From: Selaginella moellendorffii
Lineage: Eukaryota > Plantae > Lycopodiophyta
Length of the DNA stretch: 23,133 bases
Direction: 5' to 3'
NCBI RefSeq assembly: GCF_000143415.4
Contig: NW_003314406.1
Span: 291,532 to 314,664, forward strand
Below are positions 1-9,879 of this stretch, piece by piece (position 1 is the first letter of the stretch; each line of letters begins with the position of its first letter). The position numbers were made by a program, and so were the translations under genes. Under the pieces are notes generated by a model. The model was not told the DNA's origin. It worked only from the letters and a program-made list of their open reading frames with translations, and searched no databases.

Positions 1-23
1 AGCTCTATTTCGTTAAAGTGGGA
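1..23 (+). repeat. Left terminal inverted repeat (may extend beyond the window start)
   Basis: 23/23 match to the reverse complement of 10287-10309. Confidence 0.9.
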
Positions 24-659
24 TTTATTCAGTAAAATGGGACTAGGTACAAATTTTCAAGTATTTGAAAATGACGTGAAATTATATGTTTTTTGTCCAG
101 GGGCTAGACATATCTGGGGCATGGTGACTAGCGCGGTGACCTTATGTCCAGACTGAGTCCATCTAGTTGTATAATAAATCTCATTGTCAAGGTGAACAAG
201 CCGAATCTGAAGCTAAAGAAGAGCGATGGCATGCGCGCACACACTATTTGTTTGTTCATTGAGCGTGTGGTGAGCTTTCCAAGATGAACATCATTCCTAT
301 TAGCCAGACATATAACTTAATGGTGAGAACATTTAGATATTATTCAATGTTATCTTTTTCTAACGAATCTAATTGTGAAGGTGTAGCAAGAGGCATTGCT
401 AGTCTGGAGAAGTCATTTAACTCATTTGACCCTTAGTGTATTTTCATGAAACTAAATAACATTCATATTATTAAGGAAATTCTCTAGTACCTTTTTTTTA
501 CGACATAGAGGCTTGCATTTCTTTCAAAGGTGATTTAGTAAAAGGCCTGAGGGCACATGCCATTCTATTTCTCAGACCGGTATTAAGATATACTAGTGCA
601 AAGGGAAAAAGGTATTTGGTGATCAAGTAAATGGCATGAGGGCACACGCCATTATAAGC

Positions 660-917
660 CTAAGCGCTAGTGGACACCTCCTTTTTGGTACTCTCAGCGG
701 TACTATCATCCTTCTCCGGGTCAGTTGTTTTGCTTTGGATTGTTGTCTCTGACGTTACTGGGGCGTTCTCGATAGTTGTTAATGTTGCCGTTTGTTCAGA
801 AAAATGATCACCTGGAGTATAGTACGGGGAGTTTGGAAGACTTATATATTCTACATCTTCACCTATCTCCTTCTCCGTCTCCTTTTCTGCCTCACTTACA
901 GATTTTGTGCTTGCCAT
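660..917 (-). CDS. Possible small S/T/E-rich ORF (85 aa) downstream of the transposase
   Basis: ATG at 917 to stop at 660 (MASTKSVSEAEKETEKEIGEDVEYISLPNSPYYTPG...). Composition is biased and disordered-like, and the ORF is flanked by palindrome copies. No recognised homology. Confidence 0.3.
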   Translation of the reverse strand: MASTKSVSEAEKETEKEIGEDVEYISLPNSPYYTPGDHFSEQTATLTTIENAPVTSETTIQSKTTDPEKDDSTAESTKKEVSTSA

Positions 918-1132
918 GAGAACGCTCTTCACCCTAAAATATGGAGTTCGTTGTGTTATAAAAGGAAACCAACACACACGCTGCAAGGGAATGATGGTAC
1001 ATAAAGCACGTAAGCCCACAATATGGGTTTATGTGCCATTAATATGGGCCACACGCCATATTATTAGATTTATGCACGTGTGATTGGTAAATGCATATGT
1101 CACATCATCTTTGTTTTACCTCACACACTATA

Positions 1133-4100
1133 TCAAGCCTCCTCTGATTCAGATTCGGATTGTTCACCTTGAAATAAAATACATTAGAAACTTTGTAAAG
1201 GAATATTAATGAATCTCACCTTGAACCCGAGTTATGAATGCTCTTGCTGCATCTCTTGCATGGTCTGGCAAGGTGATGGTGGCACTCTGCTTCCGCATCC
1301 AACCATGCACAACATTATCCACCGATATGCTCATGCTGGGATCCCTTGGATTCAGCACCCATCTCTTTTCTAGGCAATCCTTCGTATATCCGGAACTTGG
1401 CTTGAACCACTCCACAGTTACATTGAAGGAGTTAGTTTCCGCGTCCTCCTCTGCATCAGTGATGCAGCGCCCCACCCATATCATTTGTTTTTTATTACTG
1501 GGTCTGACAAGCACGACCATTCCTTTGCAGACCTGTACTGGATTGAATGCTGAATCCGGCTTCTTGTTCCTCGGCCCACAATAGTGATCCTCAACATCGT
1601 TATCTGTCACTGCATTTCCAGAGGACATTGTTCCGCTACTATCTGGTGCTCTTGGTTCTGGCCAAAAGGACTCTTCCAATTCTTCATATACAACCGGCCC
1701 ATTTTGGATAGCAGATATAATCTTCTCCCAGTATTCGAGCAAAGGCTTGCACCTCTGAAAATAGGATTCTCCACCAAACACCAACCCCCTCTTCCAGAAG
1801 GCAATATGCTGTCTAATCCCGGCCACTATACTTTCCTGGTCTTTGAGTCCATCCGGGTGCATCGGCCGTGGGGAACCCTGAGGAATCATAGGTTCCCCAG
1901 TTATGGGATCTCTCTTGAAGAGTTCAATGCCGTCCACTGGCAACCACACTGTGTCCCATTCTCTCATCTTGTACCTCATCACTGGAGCACCGTCACACAT
2001 GCTGAAATGAAACTGAAGAGGCTTGGAGTGGCCAATCAGCGTTTCGGATCCATCCCTGATGTAGCCTCTTACAAACCCCTTAAAGTCTGGAACCTCTGTC
2101 AGAAGTGCAGCTTCAACAGTGCCTTTGATGCAATTTTGGAATTCATCGTAGAGTTGTGGGAGGGTGAGGACATTGGATCGCCGGAGGGACTCTGCCAGGT
2201 GACTGAACATGGCATCGACGTCTTCATGAGTGTGCCCAACCATGAGAAAGCCAAGTGTAACCGTTTCAAATATGCCTTTGGCAACAAGCATCGCCAAGTA
2301 CGCGAAGACGTACATGTTTTTGTTCTCACTGCCAGCATTGTCTGTTTGGAGCAGAAGATGGGGTGGAAGGCCACATCGGCCGCAAGAACTTCCTTGAGAT
2401 TCTGCTTCGTTTGGATGAGGCTGTGCATTCACCGGGCGACCAGCCTCGTCGGAATGGCATGAGGCCTCACGTGATAACCCTACAATCTGACGGCCAACAT
2501 ATTCACTGGGATGGCATGGGGCCCCACGCGATACTGCAAGCCTTTGCTCCTCCTCCAGCTGAACCCTGTATGGGGTTCGATCGACAAGGGCCTTATGCAA
2601 GGGTTGGCCATTCAGCTCAGTCTGCGCACTTTGCAGAGACCTTAAGTGTTTTGCTAGGGACGCAATCATCATGTTTGCACCCCCGCCACCCCATAGAGGT
2701 ACAAAGAAGTTCCCATAGTTCTGGGCACCATGCCCATGAGCGATTATGCCAAACAGAGACACAGGCAGCTGCATGGATGAAGAGATTGCCTTGGGGGCAG
2801 GATTGAGTCGAGGTAAGCACGTCTTTTTCTGGTCCATTTTGTCGTGGATGATGCAGAGGTAAGAGTCAGGTCTCTCCATGGAGAGAATCCTGTTATGATA
2901 ATATGCAGTCCTGCAGCTTCTCTGCTCGATGTTGTGGTCGAGCCGCCTTCTAACCAACGTCTCTCGCTCTTGAGCGCTGCAAGAATTCTTCGACAAAGCC
3001 ATTTTGATAGCAGTGCACTCGTCACACTTTGAAAAGCCTGGAGTACTTTCCTATACTCACATCCCTGAACCTGTTGCTCCACAATCTACTAAATCTAGAT
3101 GNNNNNNNNNNNNNNNNNNNNNNNNNNNNNNNNNNNNNNNNNNNNNNNNNNNNNNNNNNNNNNNNNNNNNNNNNNNNNNNNNNNNNNNNNNNNNNNNNNN
3201 NCAGCTTCCTGTAGCCATTACTCTGGAGTTCCCGATTCACATCTTCCAATATGGCCCCCTTGGTATACATGGAAGGGAGAACTCGTTGGGTGTCTCGTGT
3301 TCCATCTTCCAAGAGGCGGGTTTTATGTGGTTGCTGCTCGCTACATGTCTCGACAAACCTCTTGAAGATTGCCTCTCCATATACAACATGACCCCTGGTT
3401 TTGTGCGTACCGTCGTTCCCATGGACTGCCTGTTGAACCCTTTGTTCCTCGAACTCAGTTTTGATTCTGTAGAATGTGCTTCGAGGGACTCCATAAATGA
3501 TTCTCCATGCCTTCATGCAGACCAAACCCCTCTGGAAGACCATGCCCCCCACCTGATGTTCTGAAGCATCAACAGATGACCGTAATGCCTCATACACAAA
3601 ATTGCGAGCTACCTTCCAGGACAATGTCTTGTATCTTGCTCTCTCCTCTTCAATAGCATCCCAATCAGCATGTTGACAGCACCTCCTCTTGCAACAAGCA
3701 ACTGTTGAGACCATTCGAACCTCCATCGCCATTTTCTGCCTTTTCGGTTCGTTGCTCAGATCCCTTTGGCTGCGCTTTAGGAAGGTGTACTTTCTTTTCC
3801 CATGAAGAGATGTTCTGTCATCAGTTGTAGTGGTGTTTGATTGTGAATCCTTCACATTCTCAAACACTAAGTGCCTCAATTTCCACCGCACAATGCTTCC
3901 AATAGTCAGACTGTTTTCTTCTGTGTCAACAACCTCTAAAATCGCAACTCCAATATCATCCCAGCCCAATTCTTGATTAGCAACCGCATCTCTTGGATCG
4001 ACAATTGTGGCTAAGCCCTCAGCTACCACCTCCCCCTCGGGGTTGTTTAGAAACACTTTTGCCTGAATCCATGTAGCACGGTTCTTAAGATCCACGGAGG

Positions 4101-4371
4101 GAACATGCGTCGCACTTGCGCTGTCCCCAACATCTGCTTTCTTCTGAAGATTTTTCAAGGCAACAACAACATTTACCCCGACGACCATCTCTCCTCGTTC
4201 AATAGCGACCACATTCCCATCGAAGACAGTCTCTACTGATACAGCAGCATTGCCTTCCCCAAGCCTTTCACAGTGTATAACAAAGTTCCGATCCATAGAC
4301 ACAAGGGTCCCTTTTGCAACTCTCTTCCCACCATTCAAAATGTAAACCTTTTCCCCAACCCTGAAGGCCAT
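1133..4371 (-). CDS. Sola1-like/DUF7869-type DDD transposase (~1000 aa), one apparent +1 frameshift at ~3036
   Basis: ORFs 3022-4371 and 1206-3002 join if one base at 3036 is removed, giving KYSRFSKCDECTAIKMALSK. Motifs seen: CCKRRC, VCMKAWRIIYGVPRSTFYR (HTH-like), HGNDG, IIHDKMDQKK (D1), LQTDNAGSENKN (D2), FLMVGHTHEDVDAMFS (D3). A probable 52-bp terminal intron at 1168-1219 adds GEQSESESEEA* ending at 1133; unspliced, the stop is at 1206. A splice acceptor (TTTCAG) immediately precedes the ATG at 4371. Confidence 0.85.
3102..3201. other. Assembly gap (100 N placeholder)
   Basis: Run of N. The flanking peptides YRKL / SRFSRLW suggest the true gap is only a few bases. Confidence 0.95.
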
Positions 4372-4737
4372 TCTGAAAGTGCAGAAAAGAAGTTAAGACC
4401 ATACAAAAAATGATTGGAGAATGGCCTAAATCATAACATACCAAACAACCTCAATAGCATGAGGCCACATGCCATTATTCAAACATGCTATTGACACCCA
4501 CGTGAAATTTCGCATTCACAAAATTGGCATGAGGCCTCATGCCATCTTGATATACACATAGCTGCAGGCAAGTAAAAACATACATGACAATACGCTAGCC
4601 ATGAAATTGCAAGGGCCCAAGATGGCATGTGGCCTCATGCCATTTCTAAATGTGGTCCTAAGCCATTCCATGGTGAACATACCAGGAAGCACAAGTGCCG
4701 AATATCAAGAGGAAGCGGTAGCCACACCAAAGACAGT

Positions 4738-4870
4738 GCCGCTCGCAACACCGCAACTACTCGTAGCGCCGCTCGCAACACCGCAACTGCTCGTAGCGCC
4801 GCTCGCACAAACTGCCACTCGCATAAACTGCCGCTCGCAATGGCGCTCGCAATGCCGCAACCGCTCGTAG
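4738..4870. repeat. GC-rich minisatellite (30-bp unit GCCGCTCGCAACACCGCAACTRCTCGTAGC x2 plus degenerate GCTCGCA sub-repeats)
   Basis: Tandem units at 4738-4767 and 4768-4797, followed by decayed copies. Lies upstream of the transposase ATG. Confidence 0.85.
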
Positions 4871-5161
4871 ACGCATAAACCACAGCCCACAACGCCGCTT
4901 ACACAAGCAGCGCTCACTGCGCTCAGCGGAACCAAGAACACGGCGCACAAAAATGATAGACCTAGGAATGAGTTCGAGAATTCAAAAATAACACACGCTT
5001 GAACGTCACATCAAATCCTCTGACAAACCAGATCTTATGATTCCTCTGACAAATTTCAAACTGAGTAGCTTCTAGACTTTGCTGTCGGAGGTTGAACTTT
5101 GTCACATCATGTCCTTGCCTCGATCCAGCTGTGCCATGTCAGTGATTTGAACTTTGCCATG

Positions 5162-5179
5162 CCATGTCAGCGATCCGCG
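5162..5179 (+). promoter_or_regulatory. Plant histone-promoter type I-like element (hexamer plus reverse octamer)
   Basis: CCATGTCAGCGATCCGCG versus the consensus CCACGTCANCGATCCGCG: one C>T mismatch, at a CpG. A degenerate copy lies at ~5134. Confidence 0.5.
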
Positions 5180-5244
5180 CCAAGATTATTCGCCGTGTAA
5201 AGGAATAATTACGCTGTGTGTGTACGTCCATTTATGGCAATATA

Positions 5245-6635
5245 AGGCCACACGCCATTCAAAGAATAATGCTCGACATAAGCCCACACGCCATTCAAAG
5301 AATAATGCTAGTCGAGCATTTTTTGGTGCATTTTTGGGTTCAAAATTGCATGAGCCCACACGCTATAAAGTTTACCTGTACCAAAAATAGAAACAGCTTT
5401 ATTTACTTGGGAATTTAAGTGGTTGAGGCATTTTTAAACTTACAAACACATGCCCTACTTACATTCCTTTGGTTGCCTAAAATTCAAAAATATTATAAAC
5501 CTTTCTTTTTGCATTTTCAATGTTTTCAATTATGGTTTTTGATTTTCGTAGGACCAGCCTAGTAATCTATTTGCATCCCGTCATGTTTATAGCTAGCTTT
5601 CGTTCGTCCCCTTCGCTAGCCTGAGATACATCTGCTCGGCATCTGCCTCTTACAGCATTTGCCCAGAAAGGGCATCTTTCTTCACGCAGCATTTGCCACA
5701 TGTTTAGGGTTTAGGGTTTAGGGTTTAGGGTTTAGCAATTCAGTAGCTTGATAAACATGCAAATACAGAACTTGATGCAAAATCCTTTGATATGTCACAA
5801 TGCCCCTAGGACCATAAACACATTTCAATAGAGAGGGTCTTTTCATTTCATAACTCCTTACGTAGATCTTGGTGAAACCAGAGTTAGTGAAGTTAGTTTC
5901 TTGTGATCCCGCATCTGATTGTGATGTCCCTTTGCAGTTTCGATGGAAAGGTCAATGCACACCAAACTGTGAAATCTTGGAGCAAAATAACGGTCGGATC
6001 TATGGCAAATGCCCCTGAAACATTGTAAGGCTCGTGTGGTCTCATGTGGTGTCCGATTGAGATGCTTCTTTGCAGGGTCATCAAGAAAGACATTGTATAC
6101 CATTCTGTAAAATCTAGTTGCGATCTAACGGTTGGATCTCCAGAAAACTCAAAAAAATCTCGCGCGTGTCAGAATATCCTAGGAATATACTCCTATGTGC
6201 CCCTGAAAATGGCATGCGGCCCCACACCATTCAAGAGATAACACTAGATGACGCCGAGAATTTTTTGGTGCATTTTTTGGGTTCAAAATTGCATGAGCCC
6301 ACACGCTATAAAGTTTATCTTTGCCAAATAGAGAAAAGTTTATCTGTGTCATGTGAGGTAGTTACAGTCCTTTGTGCTCGGCATCTGCCTCTTGCAGCAT
6401 TTGCACTGAAAGGGAATTTTTCTCCATTCAGCATTTGGCCCTGAAAATGGCATGCGCCCACACGCCATTCAAGGAATAACGCCACAGGACGCCTGGATTT
6501 TTGGGTTTAAAATGTTTAGGGTTTTTTGGGTTTTTTCAAAATATTTTGGGTCCAACGTTTTTTGGGTTTCTTTGGTTCAAAATTGCATGAGCCCACACGC
6601 TATAATATTGATTTGAGAGAAAAATAGAAACAGAT
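5245..6635 (+). repeat. Three degenerate direct copies of an intergenic block, each with paired palindromes
   Basis: ...CACRCCATTCAA...TTTTTGGGTTCAAAATTGCATGAGCCCACACGCTATAA occurs at ~5245-5398, ~6200-6340 and ~6440-6635. TGCTCGGCATCTGCCTCTT.CAGCATTTGC is repeated at ~5633 and ~6375. Confidence 0.85.
5702..5735 (+). repeat. Interstitial plant telomeric repeat G(TTTAGGG)4TTTAG (telo-box array)
   Basis: Read directly. Degenerate TTTAGGG/TTTTGGG runs also occur at ~6500-6570. Confidence 0.95.
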
Positions 6636-6895
6636 AGAATTTCTTTATTTAGCTGAACATCTGCCATTTTTGGAAATACAAGATGCTTTGGAATATCCAA
6701 TCATGCATGGTATAAATATAGCGAGGGTATTAAATGATATCCCAATCATGATCTTTCTTTTGGATTTCGCGTGCATGCAGTCCGAGGAATGATGACGTTG
6801 CGGATTTCTTTTGGATTTTGCGTGCTTGCATGCGCGCGGCAATCCAGAAATTAATGGTGGCGCCCAAGTCCGAGGAATGATGACGTGGCGGGATA

Positions 6896-7855
6896 NNNNN
6901 NNNNNNNNNNNNNNNNNNNNNNNNNNNNNNNNNNNNNNNNNNNNNNNNNNNNNNNNNNNNNNNNNNNNNNNNNNNNNNNNNNNNNNNNNNNNNNNNNNNN
7001 NNNNNNNNNNNNNNNNNNNNNNNNNNNNNNNNNNNNNNNNNNNNNNNNNNNNNNNNNNNNNNNNNNNNNNNNNNNNNNNNNNNNNNNNNNNNNNNNNNNN
7101 NNNNNNNNNNNNNNNNNNNNNNNNNNNNNNNNNNNNNNNNNNNNNNNNNNNNNNNNNNNNNNNNNNNNNNNNNNNNNNNNNNNNNNNNNNNNNNNNNNNN
7201 NNNNNNNNNNNNNNNNNNNNNNNNNNNNNNNNNNNNNNNNNNNNNNNNNNNNNNNNNNNNNNNNNNNNNNNNNNNNNNNNNNNNNNNNNNNNNNNNNNNN
7301 NNNNNNNNNNNNNNNNNNNNNNNNNNNNNNNNNNNNNNNNNNNNNNNNNNNNNNNNNNNNNNNNNNNNNNNNNNNNNNNNNNNNNNNNNNNNNNNNNNNN
7401 NNNNNNNNNNNNNNNNNNNNNNNNNNNNNNNNNNNNNNNNNNNNNNNNNNNNNNNNNNNNNNNNNNNNNNNNNNNNNNNNNNNNNNNNNNNNNNNNNNNN
7501 NNNNNNNNNNNNNNNNNNNNNNNNNNNNNNNNNNNNNNNNNNNNNNNNNNNNNNNNNNNNNNNNNNNNNNNNNNNNNNNNNNNNNNNNNNNNNNNNNNNN
7601 NNNNNNNNNNNNNNNNNNNNNNNNNNNNNNNNNNNNNNNNNNNNNNNNNNNNNNNNNNNNNNNNNNNNNNNNNNNNNNNNNNNNNNNNNNNNNNNNNNNN
7701 NNNNNNNNNNNNNNNNNNNNNNNNNNNNNNNNNNNNNNNNNNNNNNNNNNNNNNNNNNNNNNNNNNNNNNNNNNNNNNNNNNNNNNNNNNNNNNNNNNNN
7801 NNNNNNNNNNNNNNNNNNNNNNNNNNNNNNNNNNNNNNNNNNNNNNNNNNNNNNN
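6896..7855. other. Assembly gap (960 N), probably hiding the cargo gene 5' end
   Basis: Run of N. Confidence 0.99.
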
Positions 7856-9879
7856 ACAGCAATCCAGCCTGAGCAGCCTATGGAAGAAATGCAAGAGGGG
7901 GATGAGGAGCCAGAGAAAGATAATGAGCAGGAAGAGCAGAAGGACGAAGAGGAGGACGAAGAAGAGGAGGACGAAGAAGAGGAGGACGAAGAGGACTTGG
8001 ATGGTCCTCACAATGGTGACGATCACAATAACGACGATGACGATGATGACGATGATGGCCAGCCTGAGGTGGCCAAAGAGCAGCGGAGGAAGGTCATACA
8101 AGACAAACCATCAGGTAAATAATAGTACATCCATTCCTAACCTTTTACCATTTCTAACATTGTCCATGTAGGTCGCAGAAGAAATGGTAAGTAGAGATTA
8201 TTCAGTTGAATTAAGATACAAACTCTAGCCTTTAGTGTCGAGGAAGGATAGTGCCAAGCAAGGGTCGAAACGTATGTCCAATCCTTCAGAATCAGCAGTG
8301 CGCCCAAGTGATATCGGTCCTAGTTCCTCAATAGCAGTTGATGGTAAATACAGTATAGTCGATTCAATGTGCTAATGAGTTTGTTTTTAGTAGCCAGTAG
8401 GGAGGATACCATCTCAATCGAAGGGAGATATTTGGACATGCATATGGATCCGCCAATGGACTCTACTTGCCTGCAAGAGTCATCAAAGCTGGTGGAGGCT
8501 ACTATCCATATCAACGCCAAGCAAGCTGACCACGCTCCACTTGATGCTGCCCATACCACTGAGTCAATCTTGTCCACGTATCCAACTGACGGTGACCAGG
8601 CGCCATTGGACCCGCATGAGGCCGCCCCAGCCGCCGAGCCGGTCGTATCCTCATTTCCAACGTGTGCCCAATCGTCTGACTACGCGCCGTTGGAACCACC
8701 CTACACCGCCCCTGCTGCCTGTTCGGTCATGTCCACTTTGCCAACGGAGGCACCAGCTGAAATGGCGTGTGATCACACGCCATCGGAACCACCCCATGCC
8801 ACTGTTGAGCCAGTTGTACCAGAGTCTACAGCTGAAATGGCATGTGCCCACACGCCATCGGATGCGATTGACCCCACATTGCAGAGGAGAGTATTTCCGC
8901 CCTTCACGTTTCCTCGACCAAAACCCTCTGAACGACCATCGGGAGCACCATTCGCTAATATTGTAGATGGTAAAATTGACTTGTACCATTTTTTATGCTA
9001 ACGCATTTCATTTCAGAGTCACGGCGAAAGTACTGTATCGTTTTTGATCTGAACGGTGTCCTTTTCTCCCATGAGCGTGGCTCGTCCTCGAATGTCACTG
9101 CACCCTCCAAAGCCTGCGGTCGCAAGTTGGTCAAAAGAGACAGATTCACATTAATCACACGGGAGAAACTGCGGGATCTAATAATGACCATGCGACACTT
9201 AAAACAGAGGGCCGGGTTCAATTTGCAATTGGGAGTTTGGACATCCATGATGCGCCACAATGCATTAACGTTGCTACAGATGATGCACGATCAGACGCGA
9301 GTAATATTACCATTTGACTTTCTCCTAACGCAGGAGGATTGCTTGACTATGGTCCATGTGAGGGGTAGCAAGCCCATCTTCGTCAAGGCAGAGGCTGTAG
9401 TGATGAACCGGACTGCTAGGTCAAGTGAACTCCTCATCATCGATGACTCGCCGATTAAAACTGCAGCGAACATGCACACATATGCAGTGCACCCCATCTC
9501 TTGCAGTATGGAAACTAGGGAGAAGAAACCGTATGTTCTGGGGGACCTTGCAAAACGGCTTGAAGCGATGGTGATAGAGAACCGGCCAGTCCAGGAGGTG
9601 GCTGCAGAAATCAACCAAATGGCAGATGGAACGGTATATCAGAAGCCATTTGATCGGACAGACACCAGTCATCATTTATGGCATGTATATTGTCTAGCCA
9701 AGCACTATCCACATCTCCATAATCTGCTCAACCGGATGGGTTCTTCGACCACTGAACATGAGCGTGGACGTATTAGAGAAGAGATGGCATTACTATTGGG
9801 TTTAAATCCTGATAGTGTGGAGAGTGATGAAATTCCAAGATTATTGTATAGGCGTTGGAGGCAAAAAATAACAGTCTGA
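7856..9879 (+). CDS. Spliced transposon cargo gene: acidic D/E tract, Pro/Ala-rich repeats and a C-terminal FCP1/SCP (NIF)-like HAD phosphatase-fold domain; 5' end may lie in the gap
   Basis: Predicted exons: <=7856/7880-8114, 8172-8186, 8236-8343, 8391(or 8394)-8969, 9017-9879. All four GT-AG introns are 47-57 bp and phase 1, and they splice into one open frame. HAD motifs: CIVFDLNGVL (I), LGVWTS (II), IFVK (III), LLIIDDSPIK (IV). Confidence 0.8.

Noticed and set aside
1234-2806. Plus-strand ORFs overlapping the transposase (e.g. 1584-2462)
   Set aside because: Antisense shadows of the transposase frame with no recognisable motifs.
4601-4950. Multiple short ORFs on both strands
   Set aside because: Explained by the stop-poor GC-rich minisatellite. 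An upstream transposase exon here cannot be excluded but is unsupported.
5702-5735. True telomere or Penelope/Athena telomere-associated retroelement junction
   Set aside because: Only four units, internal to a TIR element, and no reverse transcriptase nearby.
6645-8171. Long ORFs of 353-428 aa in the ORF track
   Set aside because: Artefacts of translating through the 960-N gap.
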